Assembly (NCBI GenBank): GCA_964187785.1
Contig: OZ076417.1
Location: 47,244,001 to 47,308,000 of the forward strand
Length of the DNA stretch: 64,000 bases
Reading direction: 5' to 3'
From: Amphiscolops sp. MND2022
Taxonomy: Eukaryota
The notes below the pieces were generated by a model. That model was not told the DNA's origin. It did not search any database and saw only the letters and a list, made by a program, of their open reading frames with translations. The translations under genes and the position numbers were made by a program. Positions 23,326 to 34,428 of the stretch are shown here, piece by piece; position 1 is the first letter of the stretch, and each line of letters starts with the position of its first letter.

Positions 23326-24396
23326 ATGTTTTCCAAGTTCATTCGCAAATGCAATTTGTTATCTTTTCGACCTCTCAATCGTCTTGTTTTCGAAGGGATC
23401 TTCTTTTTTGTGGCACCTGCTTGTGTCGTTGCTTTCTTTTACATCAAGCTGGGGGTGGATTTGATGAGGCGATCGCGCTACCAAGCCCGCAATCGGATTT
23501 TAACTTTTGCCTTTGTTTTGAGCTGGCTAATGTGGATAGTTTGCTGGTCGCCCAGCTTGGCTATCATGGTTGTGCAGTATTATGATATACAGCGTTCTTT
23601 TAATGCAGACAATAGTCGTACAATGGAATATTACTACTCACCTATTTGGACATACGTAGTATCACTTCGCGTACCACTCCAATTACTTTACTCTCATCTT
23701 AACCCTTTTATTTACCTGATAGTGTTGAAAAAATTTCAAAAACATCACATAGACACACTCAAATGGATTTTCCGCATGTTTTTACAAACTCCAGTTGTGC
23801 AAAACAGCAACTTGAAAAACGCTTTTAATTTCTTGAAAGCAATTTGTTCAAGCATCGCTTTTGTATTAGCATGGGCGGTTTTGTTAATTGCATTTCATCA
23901 CGCAAGTGAATACTCTTCGTTGCTGAACTCTGGGACAACTAAAGCCTCAAGCATTTTGAGACAAGCGCTCGATAGCTCAAGGAAAAGAATTTCACTTGAT
24001 TATCCGCTTTCCAGAGATTGGGATTCGAATTTAAATATCAGGTCCGAATGCGGAGAATTAAGAGGGCTCTACGACCTGAAATTCAAAAGATGTTATTTCA
24101 TTATTGATCATCAAACCCAACCACTGAATTCTAGTGAGCTACTGAGTTCTTGCATGTCCAATGGGGGATATTTATGCTACCCTAGAAACAAAGAAGAAAT
24201 TAGTCTGCTTTGGAAATTCTTCGAACTCTGGGTTGGGCACAACTTCAACTTTGCAACTTACGATTATTACGCATTTTCTTATTTATACGAGTATTTTGGT
24301 TCAGACAATTATAAATATTTCTTGAGGTTTTACAAAGCCCACTTGGGGTTTGAACGTCTTGGTAAGGAATGCACAATGTTGGACAATCGTTACTGA
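23326..24396 (+). CDS. Class A GPCR-like C-terminal half (ECL2 Cys, TM5-TM7) + extra TM + C-type-lectin-like domain; TM1-4 not seen
   Basis: 356 aa ORF: TM5 FFFVAPACVVAFFY, TM6 FAFVLSWLMWIVCWSP, TM7 LYSHLNPFIY (NPxxY), eighth hydrophobic span SSIAFVLAWAVLLIAF, then ECGEL..KRCYF..SSCMSNGGYLCYP..EEISLLWKFF. Confidence 0.75.
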   Translation: MFSKFIRKCNLLSFRPLNRLVFEGIFFFVAPACVVAFFYIKLGVDLMRRSRYQARNRILTFAFVLSWLMWIVCWSPSLAIMVVQYYDIQRSFNADNSRTMEYYYSPIWTYVVSLRVPLQLLYSHLNPFIYLIVLKKFQKHHIDTLKWIFRMFLQTPVVQNSNLKNAFNFLKAICSSIAFVLAWAVLLIAFHHASEYSSLLNSGTTKASSILRQALDSSRKRISLDYPLSRDWDSNLNIRSECGELRGLYDLKFKRCYFIIDHQTQPLNSSELLSSCMSNGGYLCYPRNKEEISLLWKFFELWVGHNFNFATYDYYAFSYLYEYFGSDNYKYFLRFYKAHLGFERLGKECTMLDNRY

Positions 24397-24639
24397 AATC
24401 CAAGTTTCTGTAGAAGTTACAAATTCAAGAACCGCGAAAAAGACTATCTAGCTTCGATGCCATTTTAGAGTTTGTCAGGTTGACTGATTATTCAAAACCA
24501 AAGCATTGATTCTAAGACAACCAATTATTTAATTGACAACCGATTGTAAGAACGCATCTAAACGGTCCTCTGTTTGGTCATTGCAAAATATCCAATTTTT
24601 ACCCAGCTAGCCAAAGCAAAGGGTCTCCTGATTGTTTTT

Positions 24640-25039
24640 TCCATTAGCGTAGTTAGGGCGTAACGTTTTCGAGCCTGATCTCTCCTCTGATGTTCCGGCA
24701 CTGTGAGAGTTTTTTTAAAATTTCTTGTAAAACAGTCGTTGGGCAAATTTTTGAGCTTCTTGCGCTGTGTGTGTCAAACGGAGTGCTTAGATATTCTTTA
24801 CTTCAACTAAATTTGATCTATTTGTAGGCGGTAAAGAGTTCTTGAGTGTCGATGGAAAACTAAAAATCAGTAGTGAGACGGTGGATTGGTTGTTCTCGTG
24901 GGAAAGAGTGAATGGAGTTTTTGTGCATCGTGATTTCCATGGCCCCAATCTCTGTTTAACTGTTTTGCCCCAGACTCTCTTCGAATGTTGCCCATCTGAC
25001 TTGAATTTTGCAGCCATTTGCTGTAAGGAGTTCTATTAA
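24640..25039 (+). pseudogene. Probable second or continuing CTLD-like segment, disrupted
   Basis: DVPAL*EFF resembles EISLLWKFF; open frame from 24791 DLFVGGKEFLSVDG..DWLFSW..GPNLCLT..ECC..AICCK has CTLD C-terminal Cys spacing. Confidence 0.45.
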
Positions 25040-25363
25040 GCACTGATAGGGAGATCACTGGTACAAATTCAACACGAAATCTATTCTGATTGCTACCAAC
25101 GTTGAAAACATCTTCTTCTCCCTTATTGCCTAAATTATGCTATCCTTCTTTTTCAAAGACTCTGTGCCTCTTCCAGCAACCTGTTGAAACAGAATGTTTC
25201 ATGCAAAATGTTTCCTGAAGATGAAATTAAATATTACTCACCAATCGCAAAGTGTTCTACGCAATTTTTGTCAAAGTTTTCTTTTTTTTGAGAGTTTTTG
25301 TTAGGCCAAACCGTTTTCTGAGTTGAAATGGTGACTTTTCAAGAAATTTCTTATCACTAGAGG

Positions 25364-27365
25364 TGTCACGACCCGCTCCCGGTCGGGATTTTTCTTGCTG
25401 TGGAGGAATCTCGAAACTCGCCAAAGGATGAGGCCTTGGGAGAGCTGGACGTAACTAAGTAAAACTTTAACTAACTCTAGCACGAACGAAGCAAAAGTGA
25501 TTTTTGTACAAAACGAAACTTCCGGTTTAATGTTTTCATACGCGGCTATTTTGACTTACTTCCGGTTTCGTCTGCTGAAAATTCCATACCAATCTAAACT
25601 ACGAAACGAAAACATTCTTAACTCTGGGATCACCCTTTTCCTCTTCCTCACTGAAATTAAAACATTGAAAACGTTATTTAATTCCACGATCCCAACGTAA
25701 TACATACAATCTAAAATGAAAAGAACACTAAATAGCATAATGGAATTGTTTCCAATAGTTGAAGTAGCTGTAAAAACCCACTCAAATTGCAGTCAAGTAA
25801 TTTGAGTAAGCTCTTACAAAGTTAAGCTCTCTCAACTAAGCAAAGCACTGGTATTTCTAATTTTACGAACCATATTTGCGCTCAAGCTAGTGAGAATTAT
25901 TCTAGTGACGGCACTAAGAATGATTTAAGAATGGCTTATTACTCCGTTCTAACTCCGTTGACAGCAAGCCTGCTATACCTAACCTTAATACACACGGATC
26001 GCCTACGGAGCAAATTGTACAGCGATGAAGCTGTACCTAATCCTAATATGCACGGAGCACATACGGAGCAAATTGTAAAATAATGAGGTTATACCTAATG
26101 TTAATACGTGTAGAACAACTATGGAAAAGTTGCAAGATCAAAATCATTTTAATATATCGAAATACTCCACATGCCATACGGAATCGTATCGGAATGTTCA
26201 AAACATCATATTATTTAAATATTACCCCTCCGAATTTTCTCCGTTTTTATAACTAATCGAAATGATCGTGATGCAGGATAAGGCAAGGCAAATGTTCAAA
26301 CAAAAAGGTGCTTTTCTTTCATTTTGGAAAGAGTGTTTTGTATGTTTATTATGTTATGTTAATTGAGCTAAGTGATCTAGCCATTATGTTTCGACACATG
26401 TAAAATTATCTTAGAACGATATGGTGCCATGATATCTGCTAGTTCAATCCTTGACCTGTATTGACCATTTTCCAGCATCATTTGTCCCTTCTCAAATATT
26501 TCACTACAATAATCCAAAATCACTCCGAGATTTTTCCGTAGTCAATTTTGCTTGTCATTCTTTTACCGCGAACAGATGATTTTCACTAGTTTTGGGATGA
26601 ATCATTGTTCACGCCAGCGTACTTTTCTTAATAGAAATTCAACTAAACTTTTATTTTGCCGCCTTTTCCGCGATCAAACCGGAAATGATGTTGTTGAACA
26701 AAAATGATTTCAACAAGGTACTCCGTAAAGGAACCGTGACTAGGAATTTTAAAGTATGAACAATTAATTGAAGGGCTGAAATAATGAGGATGAATAGGCA
26801 TTTTTAATGAACAAAACCAATTTTAGGGATTCCTAGGAATTTTTAGCTGAGGAACGAGTGATGTTGTGAAAGTATATAAACCTAAGGATTTGTAAAATAT
26901 AATTATAATAAGTATAATTCTTGTTGCGTTAACACTTCGTTTTGGGAAACTAATTTTCTTTGAAGAATTTGAAATTTCTGAAAATGACTACTAGAAGCCA
27001 GAAAAGAAAAGCTGCTGAAGAACTAGTTTCCGCTGAGATTGAAACCCCATTACCTGAGAATAGCCAGAACCTAAATCCCGTAGCGGGAACGAGCAAATCG
27101 CTTAGAGTACTTACTGAAAATCTAGAGGAAATCAAATCCTCAATAAGGAAAGAGATAATGTCTGACCATGCTAAAATCTTAGCTGAAAACCAAAAGGAGG
27201 TGTTAAAACTAATAGCCCCTAAAACTGGAAAACAAACCGTTGTAACAGCTTCCGAAGAAACTGACTCTGAGTCCGAAAACGTTCCGGAGAATGCAACTTC
27301 AACTCCGATCAAAACTAAAACCACTGCGACTACTCATAAAACTACCCCGGTGAATAGTCGTAACA
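25364..27365 (+). mobile_element. 2002 bp solo LTR
   Basis: Termini TGTCACGAC...GTCGTAACA (8/9 inverted match); exact 5 bp TSD AGAGG at 25359-63 and 27366-70. Confidence 0.9.
25970..26120 (+). repeat. ~58 bp tandem repeat (~2.5 units) inside the solo LTR
   Basis: t(a/g)tacctaa...tacggagcaaattgta recurs. Confidence 0.7.
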
Positions 27366-27448
27366 AGAGGTTCGCTGCTGTAACTTTTTTCATTCTATTC
27401 AGTTGTAACAGTATACAAGAAAATCCACAGTGTCACTGTGTCTCGTGA
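26984..27448 (+). CDS. ORF starting inside the solo LTR (MTTRSQKRK..., probable Gag N-terminus) and fused to flanking DNA
   Basis: ATG at 26984; 127 codons open to the LTR end; stop only in the flank at 27448. Gag identity is inference. Confidence 0.5.
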   Translation: MTTRSQKRKAAEELVSAEIETPLPENSQNLNPVAGTSKSLRVLTENLEEIKSSIRKEIMSDHAKILAENQKEVLKLIAPKTGKQTVVTASEETDSESENVPENATSTPIKTKTTATTHKTTPVNSRNKRFAAVTFFILFSCNSIQENPQCHCVS

Positions 27449-29943
27449 TGGTACCCTGTCATAGTTGCATACTCATCAGTTGGCCATTCCAGAGTATAGA
27501 AAAGACTTAAAATGGGCAATTGAGAGGACTTATTTCGGACATGATCAGTTTCAACATTTTCCCATTGCTTGAGGTCATGTTTTTTCAGCACAGCTAATGC
27601 TTTTCATTCAAGTATAGGTTTACATCAAGTTCGAATGAAACTATACACGTTTCCAAGTTTCATTCGCTTTCGTTGATTTCATTCTGATGACTTTCATAAA
27701 CGGAGAAGGAAAAAATTTCAAGCTAGGAGGTTTCCATTGAAATTTACCGAAATCTCAAAAAAGTTTGTTCACTGTAACTGTTTGTCATTTTCGCTCTTTC
27801 GATTTTTCTGGAACTTCCGCATCTCAATCAATTGCAAAACCAGTCAATAAGAAACCCCTTTTGTATGACTACGCTTTTAGATTTTCATTTTTAAAATCTG
27901 TTTCTGAAAAACACAACAGATAATAATATTATTACTATAAGAGTATTTGTTCCAGTTTGCTGTAATCATTGGTCCGAGACATCAGTCCTTGGAAATGAAC
28001 CGCCGCAATGTCAAAAACTAATCGTAATTGTCAATCAAGTTTTATCAATCAATATTTAACATTGTAATCCAGCGTGGTTCGTGCAACTTCCTCTGGGTCT
28101 TGTAAGGAAAACTCAGCTCCGAGTTGCCGATGTGGGAAATTTCGTCAGCTATCAAACCTCAACCAGAAGAGATTTACCATGCATCGGAGTTGTAATAAAC
28201 AAAGACTGATGTATGGTCACACTGGCGCTAGCTTGTCACTGCGACCTTGGATAAACTTGAAGTGATGGGGCTTTGGTGAGGCCCATTCTCCCTTCCATTT
28301 CTTTTGGGTAATGTTACGTTGGAGGGGCTCCGCATCTATAGAGACTCCTCCGATCGATCCTAGTTCCTGTTTTGTCGCTGCTAACGGTAACGGTAATTTC
28401 CAGAACCACTGTTCCACTGGCCTTTGAAAACAGAGTCAAGAAAAAGGACTTGAGTTTTCTCTGCAAGTGATTAGTAACACCAAAGACCAATGTGTAGCAA
28501 ACAGTATCTCACGTGCTTAACAAAAAATGCACATGGAAAGCATTAAGAGTTTCCTTTTATCAATTTTGTTTTTGTCAGCACTTTCATGCAGGTCTTCTAA
28601 ATAATCAGGAATCTGGGTTTCAGAATCGAGTTTGATTAAGGGGGAAAAGATGTAAACGTTCTAAGTACCTAACCACGTAAATAAACGTAGAAGTAGTTAT
28701 TCATCAGCATTTTTGTGAACGGAGGTTAAATTTTCATTTCTTGCATGAAATAAGTTCTCGAAGTGTATGATGCCATGATGCATCTCCTCAAAAACATTCA
28801 AATATCTATTTAAACTTGAAGTCATCCAACTTTAGAAAGACATAAGTCACTTCATTTTGTAGTTAACTGAAGTTGACTAGATTGCTGACACTTCAAGATA
28901 ACTTATGTAATGATTTTGTGATAATATAATTAGTAACCCATCTAACCCATCTTGATGTTGTCACTTTTGATTAATTAGCATGTCAATATAAACTAATTAT
29001 AATCATTGATGAATTTGTAGAATATATCTACTCAGAGAAAATTAGGGTATTATCTGAAGAACGGTTTCACTTTGAAAGAAGACCTTAACTTAGATCTCAG
29101 AGATAATGCAAGATACCTAGCTAGTCAGGAAACTTCGTATCTTAGACGATTTGCTATTAAGAATTTTAGACTTCTTTTCTTCTCGATAAAAGAAATAAGA
29201 ACTACAACCACATACATTTTTAACAGCTCAATTGGTGCGATCTCGAAAACTCTCTTTTCTCTCCCTCTAGTACCCCAACTTCACTCTTGTTGTACATCCT
29301 TTCTCGACTTTCTCATCAGATATCTCTTTGTTCGACACACTGTCTCTCCTCATCTCTGTATAGTATATAGTTACAATCTCCGCGTTGCAGCCTATTTCTT
29401 CTGACTGCGTAACAAAACGTAATTCCCGTCAGTTAAATTTCTCCGGTTCTGACTGCGTACCCAACGTAATTCCTGTCAGTTAATTTCTTTGGTTCTGACT
29501 GCGTCCTAAGCGTAATTCCTGTCAGTTGAAAAGGCTTTCGTTCCAACCACCAGTGAGTGACTTCGTGTTGGTATTTTTTTTCTCTTCTTTCCGCTCAAAC
29601 CGCATACGTGCGATACGTGTTGGCCATTCTACAGTGCTATCGCGCGATTCCTGCTAGTGAAAATACTTTAGTTCTAGCCGCTTGGATCAACTTTAACGTT
29701 GGCACACCTACAAAACATAAAACTACAACACTTTTTTTTGATACACATTTTCCCTCGAAAATTTTCAGTACATTATACTTACAACACTTTCCCAAAACAA
29801 TGTTTAACGGATCCAAATATTTAACATGACTGTTTATTTAACCAATATAATAACTTCCAAATACTAAAAATTCTATGATACATTTCACTATAGTACGTAT
29901 TATATGTCAACTTCTAAAAAATAACTTCTCATCTCATATATAA

Positions 29944-31240
29944 ATGCCTTCAGCTGATAATATCGTTAAGTTCATCATATTTCTTTGTTTCGCCTTTGCA
30001 TTCCTTGCTGGTACTGCTCTTTTCTTTGACAAAATTTTAGTACCTTTTTTTACCTAAGTTCTAATATCTAGCCCTCTTCTTTATGTTTACAAGTATAAGA
30101 CTACCTCTTTTCGGACTACTTNNNNNNNNNNNNNNNNNNNNNNNNNNNNNNNNNNNNNNNNNNNNNNNNNNNNNNNNNNNNNNNNNNNNNNNNNNNNNNN
30201 NNNNNNNNNNNNNNNNNNNNNNNNNNNNNNNNNNNNNNNNNNNNNNNNNNNNNNNNNNNNNNNNNNNNNNNNNNNNNNNNNNNNNNNNNNNNNNNNNNNN
30301 NNNNNNNNNNNNNNNNNNNNNAGACCAACGTCAAACACGTTCTTTAACTCAAGATGCAATACCACTTTCAAACGACATCATATTTCAGTACGCAAATCCA
30401 CTCTCATTTGAAACAGAACCTCATACCATACATACTATTCCTTTGGCAAGAGAACATTGTGATTCTTATTTATATTACTTCCTATACAAATCACTAGAAC
30501 ATTTACGTTCACAAAATCCATTTCAAATTATTTTGAACAGTTCAAGGTATGAATACAGGAACATACTATAGAACAAGTCACCCACAAAATAAAGCTTTAT
30601 CTATACAAGATGTTTTCTTTACTTACATGGATAAACTTATAGAACATAATGAAAGTTGGACATACCAGTATATCTTCCTTCTCATCTAGAAAGTCTTAAG
30701 AAGAAACTTCTTTTGAAGTATCAGATCTCGAAACCAAAATATCGCGACATAATAATCCTCATTATTGGTTCAAAAAATATACTCCAAATCAAACAATTTC
30801 AATACAGATTCTTTCAAAACATTATACTGAATGAAGATACAGTACGACAAATCAAAGTCTTCTCACACTTTGTATTAAAATTCTTCCGATTTAATTACCA
30901 ATTGATATGGGAACAACTAGATCAAAATGCTTACATTAACTTCCCTCAAGTACTAACAGAAACTGAATTACTACCATTAATAATTAGAAATCCAAACAAA
31001 CATGTACAATATAGAGACCCTACCTCATTTGACATCACTTATTTTGAACTAATCAACTTTGATAATAATTTCATTACCGAACCTTCTGAAACATCAGACC
31101 ATCGACCATATACTAATCCTAATCTCATTTCTGAACCTTCGCCTGATGAACATAATCCTCATATGTTACAACATGATCCTGAACACAATATTTTACAACC
31201 CAATCAAGATGACACTACAGAATTATTTCAAAAGTGAGAA
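29944..31240 (+). pseudogene. ORF0 of element C (disrupted, spans gap)
   Basis: MPSADNIVKFIIFLCFAFAFLAGTALFFDKILVPF; PLSFETEPHTIHTIPLAREHCDSYLYY; QIKQFQYRFFQNIILNEDTVRQIKVF. Confidence 0.65.
30122..30321. other. Assembly gap (200 N)
   Basis: Run of N. Confidence 1.
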
Positions 31241-31361
31241 ACTTTACAGTTTAACAATATACCAGACCCTTCTGAACCAGCTACAATACAAAATGTTTCA
31301 AAATTATCTGAGGAAACTACAAATAACACACTAAGTATTACAATAACTGATGATTCAAATA

Positions 31362-34300
31362 TAGTACAAACTTCTGTTCACAACATAACACAAAACCTCG
31401 TGAATGATCAAACTCCTTAAAATACTTTTCATATTACACATCAGGACACTACTTCTACCCTATCTACTACAAATACTCTTACATTTCAAGAACTTCAACC
31501 AAAACAACCCTTACAACGAATTTATGACCCTCCTCATCTTTCACAATTTTCTCCTCAAACTACTCTACATAATTCTCCTCAACAAGGATCTTCTAATACC
31601 CAAATCACAAATACAGTACAATTTCAAACAACAGCTCCAACAACATATCCAGAAATACCAATGTTAGCATATACTCCAGCTCAAAAAAGTCAAACTCAAA
31701 ATATGCAACCTGCATTAACAATTAATACCCTTCATTCCAACCCACTACCCAAATACACTACCTCTAGAAATATCTCTAAACCTCCATTACAAACTATCCC
31801 AACTAACCCATTATCCTATAGCTTTATTAGTACAAACCCTAACAACACAGCCAACTATAACAAACAACAACCAACTCAATACTCTAAATCCTTTTCAAAC
31901 ATCTCAACAATCAAATGCATCAAAAAATATTGTTCAAAACACTCAATTTCAGATACCTGATCTTCCTTCCACAACAATTAGAACTAAGCCGTACATAAAC
32001 GCTACATATACACAACCTGTTTCAAATACATCCCATATGTCATCAAATGTCTCCAATATACTTACAAACAATACTCTTCCTCATCTACAATAACTCAGTC
32101 TACCCTTCCAAAACCAACATACATAAAATCCTCTACATCAAACTCTGAACCTATTAAACACTTCGAGGGCTTAGATCATAACTATACACCTGAAGAATTT
32201 TTTGGTTGATCTTCGATTGATGTTTGAATTGTAATGTAAAATCTTCTGTATCAATGTTTTGTGTGTATTCTTCGAAGAATGGAGTGCCAAGAAGATATAT
32301 TTAATATTGGCAACAGCAAAGAGAATTATGAACTGTCGAGAGTTTTGGTCTAAAGATGTATATAAAGTAATAGTTATACATTGTAGAACAGGAACTTCAG
32401 TTTAACTTGCAACAGTTAGTGTTTTTGATGTTTGGTTTGTTTGATTGTTACATGTTATGTTGAGAAATTTAGAAACTGTAAGATAAGTAGGGTAGTTGAG
32501 TACCAAAATTGAAGCACCGCTATATAGCAAAAATGAGATTTCTAATCTTGAAGGATGATCAATTTTATTGTATCTTCCAGGAGTATGCAAGTATAAAAAG
32601 TAGAATCAACTTGTAGGGGTTAAAGCATTAGCATCTCTGTGGAATGATACATGTGGATTTCAAAGTTATTAGGTGAAATTGATTTTTCTGGTTGAATGGT
32701 GTTCATTTTATTTCTTGTTTCAGAATGTGATGTATATCTCTTTAGTCTAGAGTCTCTTGGTCTAGAAGGTTGTCTATATGACAAAGTGTACTGCGGAAAT
32801 TGTTTGTCTCTAGAGTATGAACCTGATATATATCTAGAGCGTGAATCTCGACTGCATGGCGATCTATAAAAAGATCTGTGTGGTGAACGATAAGAGCGCG
32901 AATCTTAGAACAAATTTCTGTTCACAACATAACACAAAACCTCGTAAATGATCAAACTCCCAATAATACTATTCATATTACAAATCAGGAGACTAGTTCT
33001 ACCCTATCCACATCAAATACTCTTACAACTCAAGAACTTCAATCAAAACAACCCTTATAACGAAATTATGACCCTCCTCCTTCACAATATTCTTCTCAAA
33101 CTACTCTACATAGTTTTCATCAACAATGATCTTCTAATACCCAAATCACAAATACGGTACAATTTCAAACAAAAACTCCAACAACACAACCAGAAATCCC
33201 AGTCTTAGCTACACTCTAGCTAAAAAAACTCAAACACAAAAGATGCAACCTGCATTAACAAATAATACCCTTCATTCCAACCCACTACCCAATTACACTA
33301 CCTCTCGAATTATCTCTAGACCTCCATTACAAACTATCCCAACTAAGCCATTATCCTATAGCTTTATTAGTACGAACCCTAACAATACACAACCAACTAT
33401 AACAAACAACAACCAACTCAATCCTTTAAATCCTTTTTCCCACATCACAACAATCAAATGCATCACAAAATATCCTACGAAACACTCAATTTCAGATACC
33501 TAATCCTCCTTCTACAACAATTAGAACTACTCCGTACATAAATGCTACATATACACAACTTGTCCAAATACATCCCATATGTCGTCAATTGTCCCCAATA
33601 TACCTACTTACAATACTGTTGCTCCATCTACAGTACCTCAGTCTACCCTTCCACAACCAACATACATAATATACTCTACATCAATCTCTGAACCTATTAA
33701 ACACTTTGATAGCTTAGATCATAACTATACACCTGAAGAATTTTTTGGTTGATCTTCGATTGATGTTTGAATTGTAATGTAAAGTCTTTGATATCAATGT
33801 TTTGCATGTATTTTTCGAAAAAAGGAGTGCCGAAAAAATTATATTTAATATTGGCAACAGCAAAGAGAATTATGAACTGTCGAGAGGTTTGGTCTTTAGA
33901 TGTATATAAAGTAATAGTTATAAAATCTAGAATAGGAACTTCAGTTTGATTTGCAACAGTTAGTGTTTTTGATGTTTGGTTTGTTTGATTGTTACATGTT
34001 ATGTTGAGAAGTTTTGCAACTGTAAGATAAGTAGGGTAGTTGAGTACCAAAATTGAAGCACTATCTAGCAAAAATGATATTTCTAATCTTGAAGGATGAT
34101 CAATTTTATTGTATCTTTCAGGAGTATGCAAGTATAAAGAGTAGAATCAACTTGTAGGGGTTAAAGCGTTAGACACCTCCGTGGAATGGTACATGTGGAT
34201 TTCAAAATTAATAGGTGAGTTTGATTTTTCGGGTTGAATGGTGTTCATTTTATTTCTTGTTTCAGAATGTGATGTAGATATCAAAGGTCTTGGTCCAGAA

Positions 34301-34428
34301 GGTGGTCTATATGACGAAGTGTACTGCGGAAATGGTTCGCCTCTAGAGTTTGAACGTGATCTATATCTAGAGCGTGAATCTGTATGGCGATCTATAAGAA
34401 GATCTGTATGGTGAACGATAAGAGCGCG
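31362..34428. repeat. Tandem duplication (~1543 bp unit), each unit containing a +/- inversion junction
   Basis: 31362-32905 matches 32906-34428; junction cctgaagaat|ttttggttgatcttcg occurs at ~32198 and ~33741; copies differ by many substitutions. Confidence 0.85.

Larger units (their letters stand above)
28764..32198 (+). mobile_element. 5' half of a gypsy element (C): LTR 28764-29225, PBS 29233-29240, leader repeats 29400-29530, ORF0, Pro/Thr/Asn-rich linker, first codons of capsid
   Basis: Reverse-complement homologue of 1-1895; ends at FEGLDHNYTPEE where orientation flips. Confidence 0.85.

Noticed and set aside
28074-28430. Degenerate C-type lectin exon (..GASLSL..FFWVML..SSCFVA..NHC)
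   Set aside because: Resemblance too weak, with an internal stop; cannot be supported without a profile search.
30083-30571. ORFs spanning the N run (30083-30571, 30087-30371, 30116-30334)
   Set aside because: Artefacts of the assembly gap; only the part after 30322 is ORF0.
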